Below, piece by piece: positions 1 through 12,500 of a stretch of DNA of 64,000 bases; the stretch's first letter is position 1, and the number at the start of each line of letters is the position of its first letter. Made by a program: the position numbers and the translations under genes. Under the pieces are notes generated by a model. That model searched no databases and was not told where the DNA came from. It saw only the letters and a list, made by a program, of their open reading frames with translations. The stretch comes from Haplodiscus bocki. Its lineage: Eukaryota. Location of the stretch: the NCBI GenBank assembly GCA_965655095.1, contig OZ296658.1:60512001-60576000 (forward strand), written 5' to 3'.

Positions 1-3000
1 CCTCACAATGCGCTGCTTAGCTTGGAACACGCTACCTTGATTGCCATGTCTCTTTGTTAGACACACAGCGAACTGCTTCCTTTACGCGAGTGAATTTCGT
101 TAAGTTGTCATTGGAGGTGTCAAGCGAGAAATTGTCCTCTAGCGAAGGCAATTTGAGTTTCTCTTTGGGAAGCCAAGCTGGCAGCTATGAACCGTTGTGG
201 GAAAAACTTGTTTCAGACCACGTCAATCGTGCTCTGTTTCATTGGTTGCTTGTTTCAACTCGACCAAATATACTATCAAAACTGTATCGCATTGATACTG
301 CCCAACTAAATTGTTAAGATCCGTTGTTAATTAAAACGCGAAATACCCCAATAATGTCCCGAAGGTTCCCTAAAGTTCGCTCTGAAGTCTGGGTGACTTG
401 TTTTTTGGGCTGGCCGTTTCCATATAGCAAATTCAGTTTCGCTTCGAATCATGCTGTTTCGAAAGTGTGAACATTTTAGGACAAACTTTCTTTCCTAACA
501 TGCTTATGTTCATCAGTTCCAATAAAGATCGATTTTTTGCAGTGAGGAAAGAAAGTTCGGCTGACTGTTTTCAATCGGCCAAGTTAGACTAGCAGGAGAG
601 AAGGCCGCAATGAGACAAGCCATATAAAATGCCGTGATCCGTTTATGGCCAAACACTGATCTACTACGTTTTTGAGCTTGAGGTTCTTTCAATCAATTGA
701 GGTGTGGGCAAAAACTTCTCATGGGGCCTTTTTCAGGTGGCAGTAACACTTTTGCTTCCATACGAGTTTTGAAATCGACGATCCGTTGTGGGAAAAAAAT
801 CGTTTCAGATCACCTCAATCTGGCGATGTTCTTTGGTTGGTTGTTTCAACTCGACCGAAATGGACTAGCAAAACACAGTATGTCGTTCAAACTGGCTGTA
901 ATAACAAAGGTTAGACAAGGTTTGAAACACCTCGTTCTTCAGCGTGAGTTTCCTTAATGTTTTTTTTCAGGCGTTGTACAAAAATATTCTGGTCGCCTGT
1001 TCTCTTGTAGCACTATTTGTGTCACTTCGAAACATGCTATAATAAAAGCAATAATCCGTTTTAGGACAAATTGTTTTTTATCTACCTCGCTTATGCGCAT
1101 TAATTCCAATAAAAGTCATTGTGACGTTTTAAGTGAGGGATCCCTAATTGCTTGTCCTCTGTTGACTGGAGTATCCTTGCAGTTCTGAGATTCAATGCGA
1201 GATAATTTTTTTTATTTTTAAAATCCGCTCTGGGACAAGTCCACTGTGATGTGCCTCGTTCACGCGCATGACTTTCATTGAGCATCCAATTAATTTTGCG
1301 AGCTGGAAATTGTTGGTTGAGGGTATTCTGTCAGCCATGTTAGACTTGCAAAACTGCATTTCATTTCAAGAATGGTTGTGTTGATTGCACTGATACATTG
1401 TGCAAGAAACTTTGTCTCAACTCCTTTTTAGCTTTTGTTTGTTGGCCGCGTTAGCCCCGCAATATGTAGTATCGCTCCGAAATGGCGTTTAAATTCATGT
1501 CATCCTTGGTCAAGCAACCAGTGATATACCTCATTCATGTGGATGAATTTCGTCAAGTTGTCAATTGGTGTTTTGAACGAGCAACTGCTGCTTGGGTGTT
1601 CTTTCTTGACTATGTTACCCTCACAATGCGCTGCTTAGCTTGGAACACGCTACCTTGATTGCCATGTCTCTTTGTTAGACACACAGCGAACTGCTTCCTT
1701 TACGCGAGTGAATTTCGTTAAGTTGTCATTGGAGGTGTCAAGCGAGAAATTGTCCTCTAGCGAAGGCAATTTGAGTTTCTCTTTGGGAAGCCAAGCTGGC
1801 AGCTATGAACCGTTGTGGGAAAAACTTGTTTCAGACCACGTCAATCGTGCTCTGTTTCATTGGTTGCTTGTTTCAACTCGACCAAATATACTATCAAAAC
1901 TGTATCGCATTGATACTGCCCAACTAAATTGTTAAGATCCGTTGTTAATTAAAACGCGAAATACCCCAATAATGTCCCGAAGGTTCCCTAAAGTTCGCTC
2001 TGAAGTCTGGGTGACTTGTTTTTTGGGCTGGCCGTTTCCATATAGCAAATTCAGTTTCGCTTCGAATCATGCTGTTTCGAAAGTGTGAACATTTTAGGAC
2101 AAACTTTCTTTCCTAACATGCTTATGTTCATCAGTTCCAATAAAGATCGATTTTTTGCAGTGAGGAAAGAAAGTTCGGCTGACTGTTTTCAATCGGCCAA
2201 GTTAGACTAGCAGGAGAGAAGGCCGCAATGAGACAAGCCATATAAAATGCCGTGATCCGTTTATGGCCAAACACTGATCTACTACGTTTTTGAGCTTGAG
2301 GTTCTTTCAATCAATTGAGGTGTGGGCAAAAACTTCTCATGGGGCCTTTTTCAGGTGGCAGTAACACTTTTGCTTCCATACGAGTTTTGAAATCGACGAT
2401 CCGTTGTGGGAAAAAAATCGTTTCAGATCACCTCAATCTGGCGATGTTCTTTGGTTGGTTGTTTCAACTCGACCGAAATGGACTAGCAAAACACAGTATG
2501 TCGTTCAAACTGGCTGTAATAACAAAGGTTAGACAAGGTTTGAAACACCTCGTTCTTCAGCGTGAGTTTCCTTAATGTTTTTTTTCAGGCGTTGTACAAA
2601 AATATTCTGGTCGCCTGTTCTCTTGTAGCACTATTTGTGTCACTTCGAAACATGCTATAATAAAAGCAATAATCCGTTTTAGGACAAATTGTTTTTTATC
2701 TACCTCGTTTATGCGCATTAATTCCAATAAAAGTCATTGTGACGTTTTAAGTGAGGGAGCCCTAATTGCTTGTCCTCTGTTGACTGGAGTATCCTTGCAG
2801 TTCTGAGATTCAATGCGAGATAATTTTTTTTATTTTTAAAATCCGCTCTGGGACAAGTCCACTGTGATGTGCCTCGTTCACGCGCATGACTTTCATTGAG
2901 CATCCAATTAATTTTGCGAGCTGGAAATTGTTGGTTGAGGGTATTCTGTCAGCCATGTTAGACTTGCAAAACTGCATTTCATTTCAAGAATGGTTGTGTT

Positions 3001-6000
3001 GATTGCACTGATACATTGTGCAAGAAACTTTGTCTCAACTCCTTTTTAGCTTTTGTTTGTTGGCCGCGTTAGCCCCGCAATATGTAGTATCGCTCCGAAA
3101 TGGCGTTTAAATTCATGTCATCCCTTGTCAAGCAACCAGCTGTTTAACATTCATGTGGATGAATTTCGTCAAGTTGTCAGTTGCGGTTTCGAACGAGCAA
3201 CTGCTGCTGTTGGGATGTTCTTTTTTGACTTTGTTACCCTCTTAATGCGCTGCTTAGCTGGGAACACGCTAGATTGATTGCCATGACTCTTTGTTAGACA
3301 AACAGCGAACTGCTTCCTTTACGCGAGTGAATTTCGTTAAGTTGTCATTGGAGGTGTCAAGCGAGAAATTTTTCTTTGGCGAAGGCAATTTGAGTTTTGC
3401 TTTGGGAACCCAAGTTCGCAGCATTGAACCGTTGCGGGAAAGGTTTATTCCAGATCACCTCAAACTGGCGCCGTTTTACTGGTTGCTTGTTTCAACTCGA
3501 CCAAATATACCATCAAAACTGTATCGCATTGATATTGCCTAACTACATTGCTGCGACCCGTTGTTAATTAAAGGCGAAATATCCCATTCTTGTCCCGAAG
3601 GTTCCCTAAAGTTCGCTCCGAAGTCTGGGTGAATTGTTTTTTGGTTGGCCGTTTCCGGATATCAATTTCAGTTTTGCTTCGAATCATGCTGTTTTGAAAC
3701 TGTGAACATTTTAGGACAAACTTTGTTTCCTAACATGCTTATGCTCATCAGTTCCAATAAAGATCGATTTTTTGCAGTGAGGAAAAAAATATTGGTTGAC
3801 TGTTTTCAATCGGCCAAGTTAGACTAGCAGAACAGAGTGTTGCAAAGAGGAAAACCATTTACAATGCCGTGAACCGTTTATGGCCAAACACTGATCTACT
3901 ACGTTTTTGAGCTTGAGGTTCTTCCAATCAATTGAGGTGTGGACAAAAACTTCTCATGGGCCTTATTCGGGTAGCAGTAACACTTTTGCTTCCATACTAG
4001 TTCTGAAACCGATGATCCGTTGTGGGAAAAACTTGTTTCGGATCACCTCAATCTGGCGCTGTTCTGTAGCTTGGTTGTTTCAACTCGGCCAAATTAGACT
4101 AGCAAAACACAGTATCGCGTTCAAACTGGCTGTAATATCAAAGGTTAGACAAGGTTTGAAACACCTCGTTTTCCAGCGTGAGTTTCCTTAGTGTTTTTTT
4201 TCAGGCGTGATACAAAAATGTTTGGTCGCCTGTTCTTTTGTAGCACTTTTTGTGTCACTTGGAATCATGCTATCATAAAAGCAATAATCCGATTTGGGAC
4301 AAACTCTTTGTTATCTACCTCGTTTATGCGCATTAATTCCAATAAAAGTCACTGTGAGGTTTTGAGTGAGGGAGCCTTATTTGGTTGTCTTCTGTTGACT
4401 GGAGTGTCATTGCAGTTCTGAGCTTCAATGCGAGATAATATTTTCTATTTTTGTAATCCACTCTGGGAAAAGACCACTGTGATGTGCTTCGTTCACGCGC
4501 ATGAGTTTTATTGAGTTACCATTTATTTTTGCGAGCGCGAAATTGTTGGTTGAGGGTATTTTGTCAGCCGTGTTAGACTTGCAAAACTGCATTTCATTTC
4601 AAGAATCGTTGTGTTGATTGCACTGATGCATTGTGCAAGAAAGTTTGTCTCAGCTCGTTTTGAGCTTTTTTGTGTTGGCTGCGTTAGCCCCGCAATACGT
4701 AGTATCGCTCCGAGACGGCGTTTACATTCATGTCATCCCTTGTCAAGCAAGCAGCGGTTTAACATTCATGTGGATGAATTTCGTCAAGCTGTCAGTTGCG
4801 GTTTCGAACGAGCAACTGCTGCTTGGATGTTCTTTTTTGACTATGTTACCCTCACAATGCGCTGCTTAGCTTGGAACACGCTACCTTGATGGCCAAGACT
4901 ACTTGTTTGACAAACAGCGAACTGCTTCCTTCACGCGAGTGAATTTCGTTAAATTCTCATTGGAGGTGTCAAGCGAGAAATTTTTCTTTGGCGAAGGCAA
5001 TTTGAGTTTTGCTTTGGGAAGCCAAGTTCGCAGCAATGAACCGTTGCGGGAAAGACTTATTTCAGATCACCTCAAACCGGCGCCGTTTTATTGGTTGCTT
5101 GTTTCAACTCGACCAAATATACTATCAAAACTGTATCGCATTGATGCTGCCCAAATACATTGTTGCGATCCGTTGTTAATTAAAGGGCGAAATACCTCAT
5201 TCTTGTCCAGGAGGTTCCTTGATGCTCGCTCTAAAGTCTGGGTGAATTGTTTTTTGGTTGGCCGTTTCCAGATAGCAATTTCAGTTTCGCTTCGAATCAT
5301 GCTGTTTTGAAAGTGTGAATATTTTAGGACAAACTTTGTTTCCTAACATGCTTATGCTCATCAGTTCCAATAACGATAGAATTTTTGCAGTGAGGAAAAA
5401 AATATCGGTTGACTGTTTTCAATCGGCCAAGTTAGACTAGCAGAACAGAGTGTTGCAAAGAGAAAAACCATTTACAATGCCGTGATCCGTTTATGGACAA
5501 ACACTGAACTACTACGGTTTTGAGCTTGAGGCTCTTTCAATCAATTGAGGTGTGGGCAAAAACTTCTCATGGGGCCTTATTCAGGTAGCAGTAACACTTT
5601 TGCTTGCATACTAGTTTTGAAACCGACGATCCGTTGTGGGAAAAAATTGTTCCAGATCACCTCAATCTGGCGCTGTTCTGTTGCTTGGTTGTTTCAACTC
5701 GGCCAAAATATAATAGCAAAACACAGTATCGCGTTCAAACTGGCTGTAATAACAAAGGTTAGACAAGGTTTGAAACACCTCGTTCTTCAGCGTGAGTTTC
5801 CTTAGTGTTTTTTTTCAGGCGTGGTACAAAAATTCTGGTCGCCTGTTCTTTTGTAGCACTAATTGTGTGACTTCGAAACATGCTATAATAAAAGCAATAA
5901 TCCGTCTTGGGACAAATTCTTTGTTATCTACCTCGTTTATGCGCATTAATTCCAATAAAGGTCACTGTGAGGTTTTGAGTGAGGGCGCCTTAATTGGTTG

Positions 6001-6516
6001 CCCTCTGTTGACTGGAGTATCATTGCAGTTCTGAGCTTCAATGCGAGATAATATTTTCTTTTTTTTGTAGTCCACTCTGGGAAAAGACCACTGTGATGTG
6101 CTTCGTTCACGCGCATGAGTTTTATTGAGTTACCATTTATTTTTGCGAGCGCGAAATTGTTGGTTGAGGGTATTTTGTCAGCCGTGTTAGACTTGAAAAA
6201 GTGCATTTCATTCCAAGAATCGTTGTGTTGGTTGCACTGATGCATTGTGCAAGAAACTTTGTCTCAGCTCGTTTTGAGCTTTTGTTTGTTGGCCGCGTTA
6301 GCCCCGCAATACGTAGTATCGCTCCGAGACGGCGTTTACATTCATGTCATCCCTTGTCAAGCAAGCAGCGGTTTAACATTCATGTGGATGAATTTCGTCA
6401 AGTTGTCAGTTGCGGTTTCGAACGAGCAACTGCTGCTTGGATGTTCTTTTTTGACTTTGTTACCCTCTTAATGCGCTGCTTAGCTGGGAACACGCTAGAT
6501 TGATTGCCATGACTCT
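1..6516. repeat. Array A short-unit subtype (1612-1619 bp)
   Basis: Four periods lacking the 74-bp internal duplication. 1-~1500 and 1619-~3120 are nearly identical (differences seen at ~1090 and ~1141). Confidence 0.9.
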
Positions 6517-9500
6517 TTGTTAGACAAACAGCGAACTGCTTCCTTCACGCGAGTGAATTTCGTTAAATTCTCATTGGAGGTGTCCAGCGAGAAATTGTCC
6601 TCTGGCGAAGGCAATTTGAGTTTTGCTTTGGGAAGCCAAGTTAACAGCTATGAACCGTTGTGGGAAAAACTTGTTTCAGATCACCTCAATCGTGCTGTGT
6701 TTCATTGGTTGTTTGTTTCATCTCCACCAAATATACTATCAAAACTGTATCGCATTGATGCTGCCCAACTACATTGTTGCGATCCGTTGTTAATTAAAGG
6801 GCGAAATACCGAAATACCCCATTCTTGTCCAGGAGGTTCCTTGATGCTCGCTCTGAAGTGTGGGCGAATTGTTTGTGGTTGGCCGTTTCCAGATAAAAGT
6901 TTCAGTTTCGCTTCGAATCATGCTGTTTTGAAAGTGGGATCATTTTGGTACAAACCTTGTTTCCTAACATGATTATGCTCGTCAGTTCCAATAAAGATGG
7001 ATTTTTTGCAGTGAGGAAAGAAATATCGGTTGACTGTTTTCAATCGGCCAAGTTAGACTAGCAGAACAGAATGCCGCAATGAGACAAGCCATATACAATG
7101 CCGTGATCCGTTTATGGACAAACATTGAACTACTTCGTTTTTGAGCTTGAAGTTCTTTCAAGTTTCATTTGAGGTGTGGGCAAAAGTTTCTCATGTGGCC
7201 ATTTTCAGGTGGCAGTAACAGTTTTGCCTCCCTACAAGTTTTGATACCGATGATCCGTTGTTTGAAAAACTTGTTTCAGATCACCTCAAGCTGGCGCTGT
7301 TCTGTTGGTGGGTTGTTTCAACTCGGCCAAATTAGACTAGCAAAACAGAGTACAGGGTTGAGACTGGCTAATGGTTGGTTGGTTGGTTGTTTCAACTCGG
7401 CCAAAAGAAGTTAGCAAAACAGAGTGTCGCGTTGAGAATGACTATATAGACGAATGTTAGACAAAGTTCGAGAAACCTCGTTCTTGAGCATGAGTTTCCT
7501 GAGTGTTTTATTTTAAGGCGTGGTACAAAAATTTTTTGGTCGCCTGTTTTCTTGTGGCACTATTTGTGTCACTTCGAAACATGCTTCAATAAAAGCAGGA
7601 ATCCCTTTTGGGACAAACTCTTGTTATCCACCTCGTTTATGCGCATTGGTTCCAATAAAGGTTGATTTGAGGTTTTAGGTGAAGGAGCCTTGTTGGTTGT
7701 CTTCTGTTGATTGGGGTATCATTTCAGTTCCGAGCCTCAATGCGAGATAATTTTTATTTTTGTAATCAGCTCTGGGACAAGTCCACTGTGATGTGCCTCG
7801 TTCACGCGTATGAGTTTCATTGAGAATTCAATTAATTTTGCGACCGCGAAATTTTTGGTTGACGGGATTCTGTCAGCCGTGTTAGACTTGCAAAACTGCA
7901 TTTCATTTCAAGAATCGTTGTGTTGATTGCTCTGATGTTTTGTGCAAGAAACTTTCTCGCAGCTCGTTTTGAGCTTTTGTTTGTTGGCCGCGTTAGCCTC
8001 ACAATACATAGTATCGGTCCGAGACCGCGTTTACATTCATGTCATCATTAGTCAAGCAACCAGCGATATACCTCATTCATGTGGATGAATTTCGTCAAGT
8101 TGTCAATTGGTGTTTTGAACGAGCAACTGCTGCTTGGGTGTTCTTTCTTGACTATGTTACCCTCACAATGCGCTGCTTAGCTTGGAACACGCTACCTTGA
8201 TTGCCATGTCTCTTTGTTAGACACACAGCGAACTGCTTCCCTTACGCGAGTGAATTTCGTTAAGTTGTCATTGGAGGTGTCAAGCGAGAAATTGTCCTCT
8301 AGCGAAGGCAATTTGAGTTTCTCTTTGGGAAGCCAAGCTGGCAGCTATGAACCGTTGTGGGAAAAACTTGTTTCAGACCACCTCAATCGTGCTCTGTTTC
8401 ATTGGTTGTTTGTTTCATCTCGATGAAATATACTATCATAACTGTATCGCGGTGATACTGGCTACATACATTGCGGTAATCCGTTGTTAGTTAAAGGGCG
8501 AAACACCTCATTCTTGTCCAGGAAGTTCCTTGATGCTCGCTCTGAAGTGTGCGTGAATTGTTTGTGGTTGGCCGTTTCCAGATAACAGTTTCAGTTTAAC
8601 TTCGAATCATGCTGTTTTGAAAGTGTGATCATTTTGGTACAAACCTTGTTTCCTAACATGATTATGCTCGTCAGTTCCAATAAAGATGGATTTTTTGCAG
8701 TGAGGAAAGAAATATCGGTTGACTGTTTTCAATCGGCCAAGTTAGACTAGCAGAACAGAATGCCGCAATGAGACAAGCCATATACAATGCCGTGATCCGT
8801 TTATGGACAAACATTGAACTACTTCGTTTTTGAGCTTGAAGTTCTTTCAAGTTTCATTTGAGGTGTGGGCAAAAGTTTCTCATGTGGCCTTTTTCAGGTG
8901 GCAGTAACAGTTTTGCCTCCCTACAAGTTTTGATACCGATGATCCGTTGTTTGAAAAACTTGTTTCAGATCACCTCAAGCTGGCGCTGTTCTGTTGGTGG
9001 GTTGTTTCAACTCGGCCAAATTAGACTAGCAAAACAGAGTACAGGGTTGAGACTGGCTAATGGTTGGTTGGTTGGTTGTTTCAACTCGGCCAAAAGAAGT
9101 TAGCAAAACAGAGTGTCGCGTTGAGAATGACTATATAGACGAATGTTAGACAAAGTTCGAGAAACCTCGTTCTTGAGCATGAGTTTCCTGAGTGTTTTAT
9201 TTTAAGGCGTGGTACAAAAATTTTTTGGTCGCCTGTTTTCTTGTGGCACTATTTGTGTCACTTCGAAACATGCTTCAATAAAAGCAGGAATCCCTTTTGG
9301 GACAAACTCTTTGTTATCCACCTCGTTTATGCGCATTGGTTCCAATAAAGGTTGATTTGAGGTTTTAGGTGAAGGAGCCTTGTTGGTTGTCTTCTGTTGA
9401 CTGGGGTATCATTTCAGTTCCGAGCTTCAATGCGAGATAATTTTTTTTTCTTTTTGTAATCCGCTCTGGGACAAGACCACTGTGATGTGCCTCGTTCACG

Positions 9501-12500
9501 CGTATGAGTTTCGTTGAGAATTCAATTAATTTTGCGACCGCGAAATTGTTGGTTGAGGGGATTCTGTCAGCCGTGTTAGACTTGCAAAACTGCATTTCAT
9601 TTCAAGAATCGTTGTGTTGATTGCTCTGATGTTTTGTGCAAGAAACTTTCTCGCAGCTCGTTTTGAGCTTTTGTTTGTTGGCCGCGTTAGCCTCACAATA
9701 CATAGTATCGGTCCGAGACCGCGTTTACATTCATGTCATCCTTAGTCAAGCAACCAGCGATATACCTCATTCATGTGGATGAATTTCGTCAAGTTGTCAA
9801 TTGGTGTTTTGAACGAGCAACTGCTGCTTGGGTGTTCTTTCTTGACTATGTTACCCTCACAATGCGCTGCTTAGCTTGGAACACGCTACCTTGATTGCCA
9901 TGTCTCTTTGTTAGACACACAGCGAACTGCTTCCTTTACGCGAGTGAATTTCGTTAAGTTGTCATTGGAGGTGTCAAGCGAGAAATTGTCCTCTAGCGAA
10001 GGCAATTTGAGTTTCTCTTTGGGAAGCCAAGCTGGCAGCTATGAACCGTTGTGGGAAAAACTTGTTTCAGACCACCTCAATCGTGCTCTGTTTCATTGGT
10101 TGTTTGTTTCATCTCGATGAAATATACTATCATAACTGTATCGCGGTGATACTGGCTACATACATTGCGGTAATCCGTTGTTAGTTAAAGGGCGAAACAC
10201 CTCATTCTTGTCCAGGAAGTTCCTTGATGCTCGCTCTGAAGTGTGCGTGAATTGTTTGTGGTTGGCCGTTTCCAGATAACAGTTTCAGTTTAACTTCGAA
10301 TCATGCTGTTTTGAAAGTGTGATCATTTTGGTACAAACCTTGTTTCCTAACATGATTATGCTCGTCAGTTCCAATAAAGATGGATTTTTTGCAGTGAGGA
10401 AAGAAATATCGGTTGACTGTTTTCAATCGGCCAAGTTAGACTAGCAGAACAGAATGCCGCAATGAGACAAGCCATATACAATGCCGTGATCCGTTTATGG
10501 ACAAACATTGAACTACTTCGTTTTTGAGCTTGAAGTTCTTTCAAGTTTCATTTGAGGTGTGGGCAAAAGTTTCTCATGTGGCCTTTTTCAGGTGGCAGTA
10601 ACAGTTTTGCCTCCCTACAAGTTTTGATACCGATGATCCGTTGTTTGAAAAACTTGTTTCAGATCACCTCAAGCTGGCGCTGTTCTGTTGGTGGGTTGTT
10701 TCAACTCGGCCAAATTAGACTAGCAAAACAGAGTACAGGGTTGAGACTGGCTAATGGTTGGTTGGTTGGTTGTTTCAACTCGGCCAAAAGAAGTTAGCAA
10801 AACAGAGTGTCGCGTTGAGAATGACTATATAGACGAATGTTAGACAAAGTTCGAGAAACCTCGTTCTTGAGCATGAGTTTCCTGAGTGTTTTATTTTAAG
10901 GCGTGGTACAAAAATTTTTTGGTCGCCTGTTTTCTTGTGGCACTATTTGTGTCACTTCGAAACATGCTTCAATAAAAGCAGGAATCCCTTTTGGGACAAA
11001 CTCTTTGTTATCCACCTCGTTTATGCGCATTGGTTCCAATAAAGGTTGATTTGAGGTTTTAGGTGAAGGAGCCTTGTTGGTTGTCTTCTGTTGACTGGGG
11101 TATCATTTCAGTTCCGAGCTTCAATGCGAGATAATTTTTTTTTTTTGTAATCCGCTCTGGGACAAGACCACTGTGATGTGCCTCGTTCACGCGTATGAGT
11201 TTCGTTGAGAATTCAATTAATTTTGCGACCGAGAAATTGTTGGTTGAGGGGATTCTGTCAGCCGTGATAGACTTGCAAAACTGCATTTCATTTCAAGAAT
11301 AGTTGTGTTGATTGCTCTGATGGATTGTGCAAGAAACTTTCTCTCAGCTCGTTTTGAGCTTTTGTTGGCCGCGTTAGCCTCACAATACGTACTATCGGTC
11401 CGAGACCGCGTTTACATTCATGTCATCCTTGGTCAAGCAACCAGCGATATACCTCATTCATGTGGATGAATTTCGTCAAGTTGTCAATTGGTGTTTTGAA
11501 CGAGCAACTGCTGCTTGGGTGTTCTTTCTTGACTATGTTACCCTCACAATGCGCTGCTTAGCTTGGAACACGCTACCTTGATTGCCATGTCTCTTTGTTA
11601 GACACACAGCGAACTGCTTCCTTTACGCGAGTGAATTTCGTTAAGTTGTCATTGGAGGTGTCAAGCGAGAAATTGTCCTCTAGCGAAGGCAATTTGAGTT
11701 TCTCTTTGGGAAGCCAAGCTGGCAGCTATGAACCGTTGTGGGAAAAACTTGTTTCAGACCACCTCAATCGTGCTCTGTTTCATTGGTTGTTTGTTTCATC
11801 TCGATGAAATATACTATCATAACTGTATCGCGGTGATACTGGCTACATACATTGCGGTAATCCGTTGTTAGTTAAAGGGCGAAACACCTCATTCTTGTCC
11901 AGGAAGTTCCTTGATGCTCGCTCTGAAGTGTGCGTGAATTGTTTGTGGTTGGCCGTTTCCAGATAACAGTTTCAGTTTAACTTCGAATCATGCTGTTTTG
12001 AAAGTGTGATCATTTTGGTACAAACCTTGTTTCCTAACATGATTATGCTCGTCAGTTCCAATAAAGATGGATTTTTTGCAGTGAGGAAAGAAATATCGGT
12101 TGACTGTTTTCAATCGGCCAAGTTAGACTAGCAGAACAGAATGCCGCAATGAGACAAGCCATATACAATGCCGTGATCCGTTTATGGACAAACATTGAAC
12201 TACTTCGTTTTTGAGCTTGAAGTTCTTTCAAGTTTCATTTGAGGTGTGGGCAAAAGTTTCTCATGTGGCCTTTTTCAGGTGGCAGTAACAGTTTTGCCTC
12301 CCTACAAGTTTTGATACCGATGATCCGTTGTTTGAAAAACTTGTTTCAGATCACCTCAAGCTGGCGCTGTTCTGTTGGTGGGTTGTTTCAACTCGGCCAA
12401 ATTAGACTAGCAAAACAGAGTACAGGGTTGAGACTGGCTAATGGTTGGTTGGTTGGTTGTTTCAACTCGGCCAAAAGAAGTTAGCAAAACAGAGTGTCGC

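Noticed and set aside
441-450. gcttcgaatc resembling a Pol III B-box or tRNA T-loop
   Set aside because: Lacks the conserved G of GTTCRANNC. No A-box or cloverleaf is evident.
6803-6818. gaaatacc-gaaatacc 8-bp direct repeat as a transposon excision footprint
   Set aside because: A single small duplication in one unit with no associated element. Slippage is sufficient.
7371-7390. (TTGG)n run as a telomeric seed
   Set aside because: Only about four copies, internal to the unit, and an extension of the family's common ttggttg motif.
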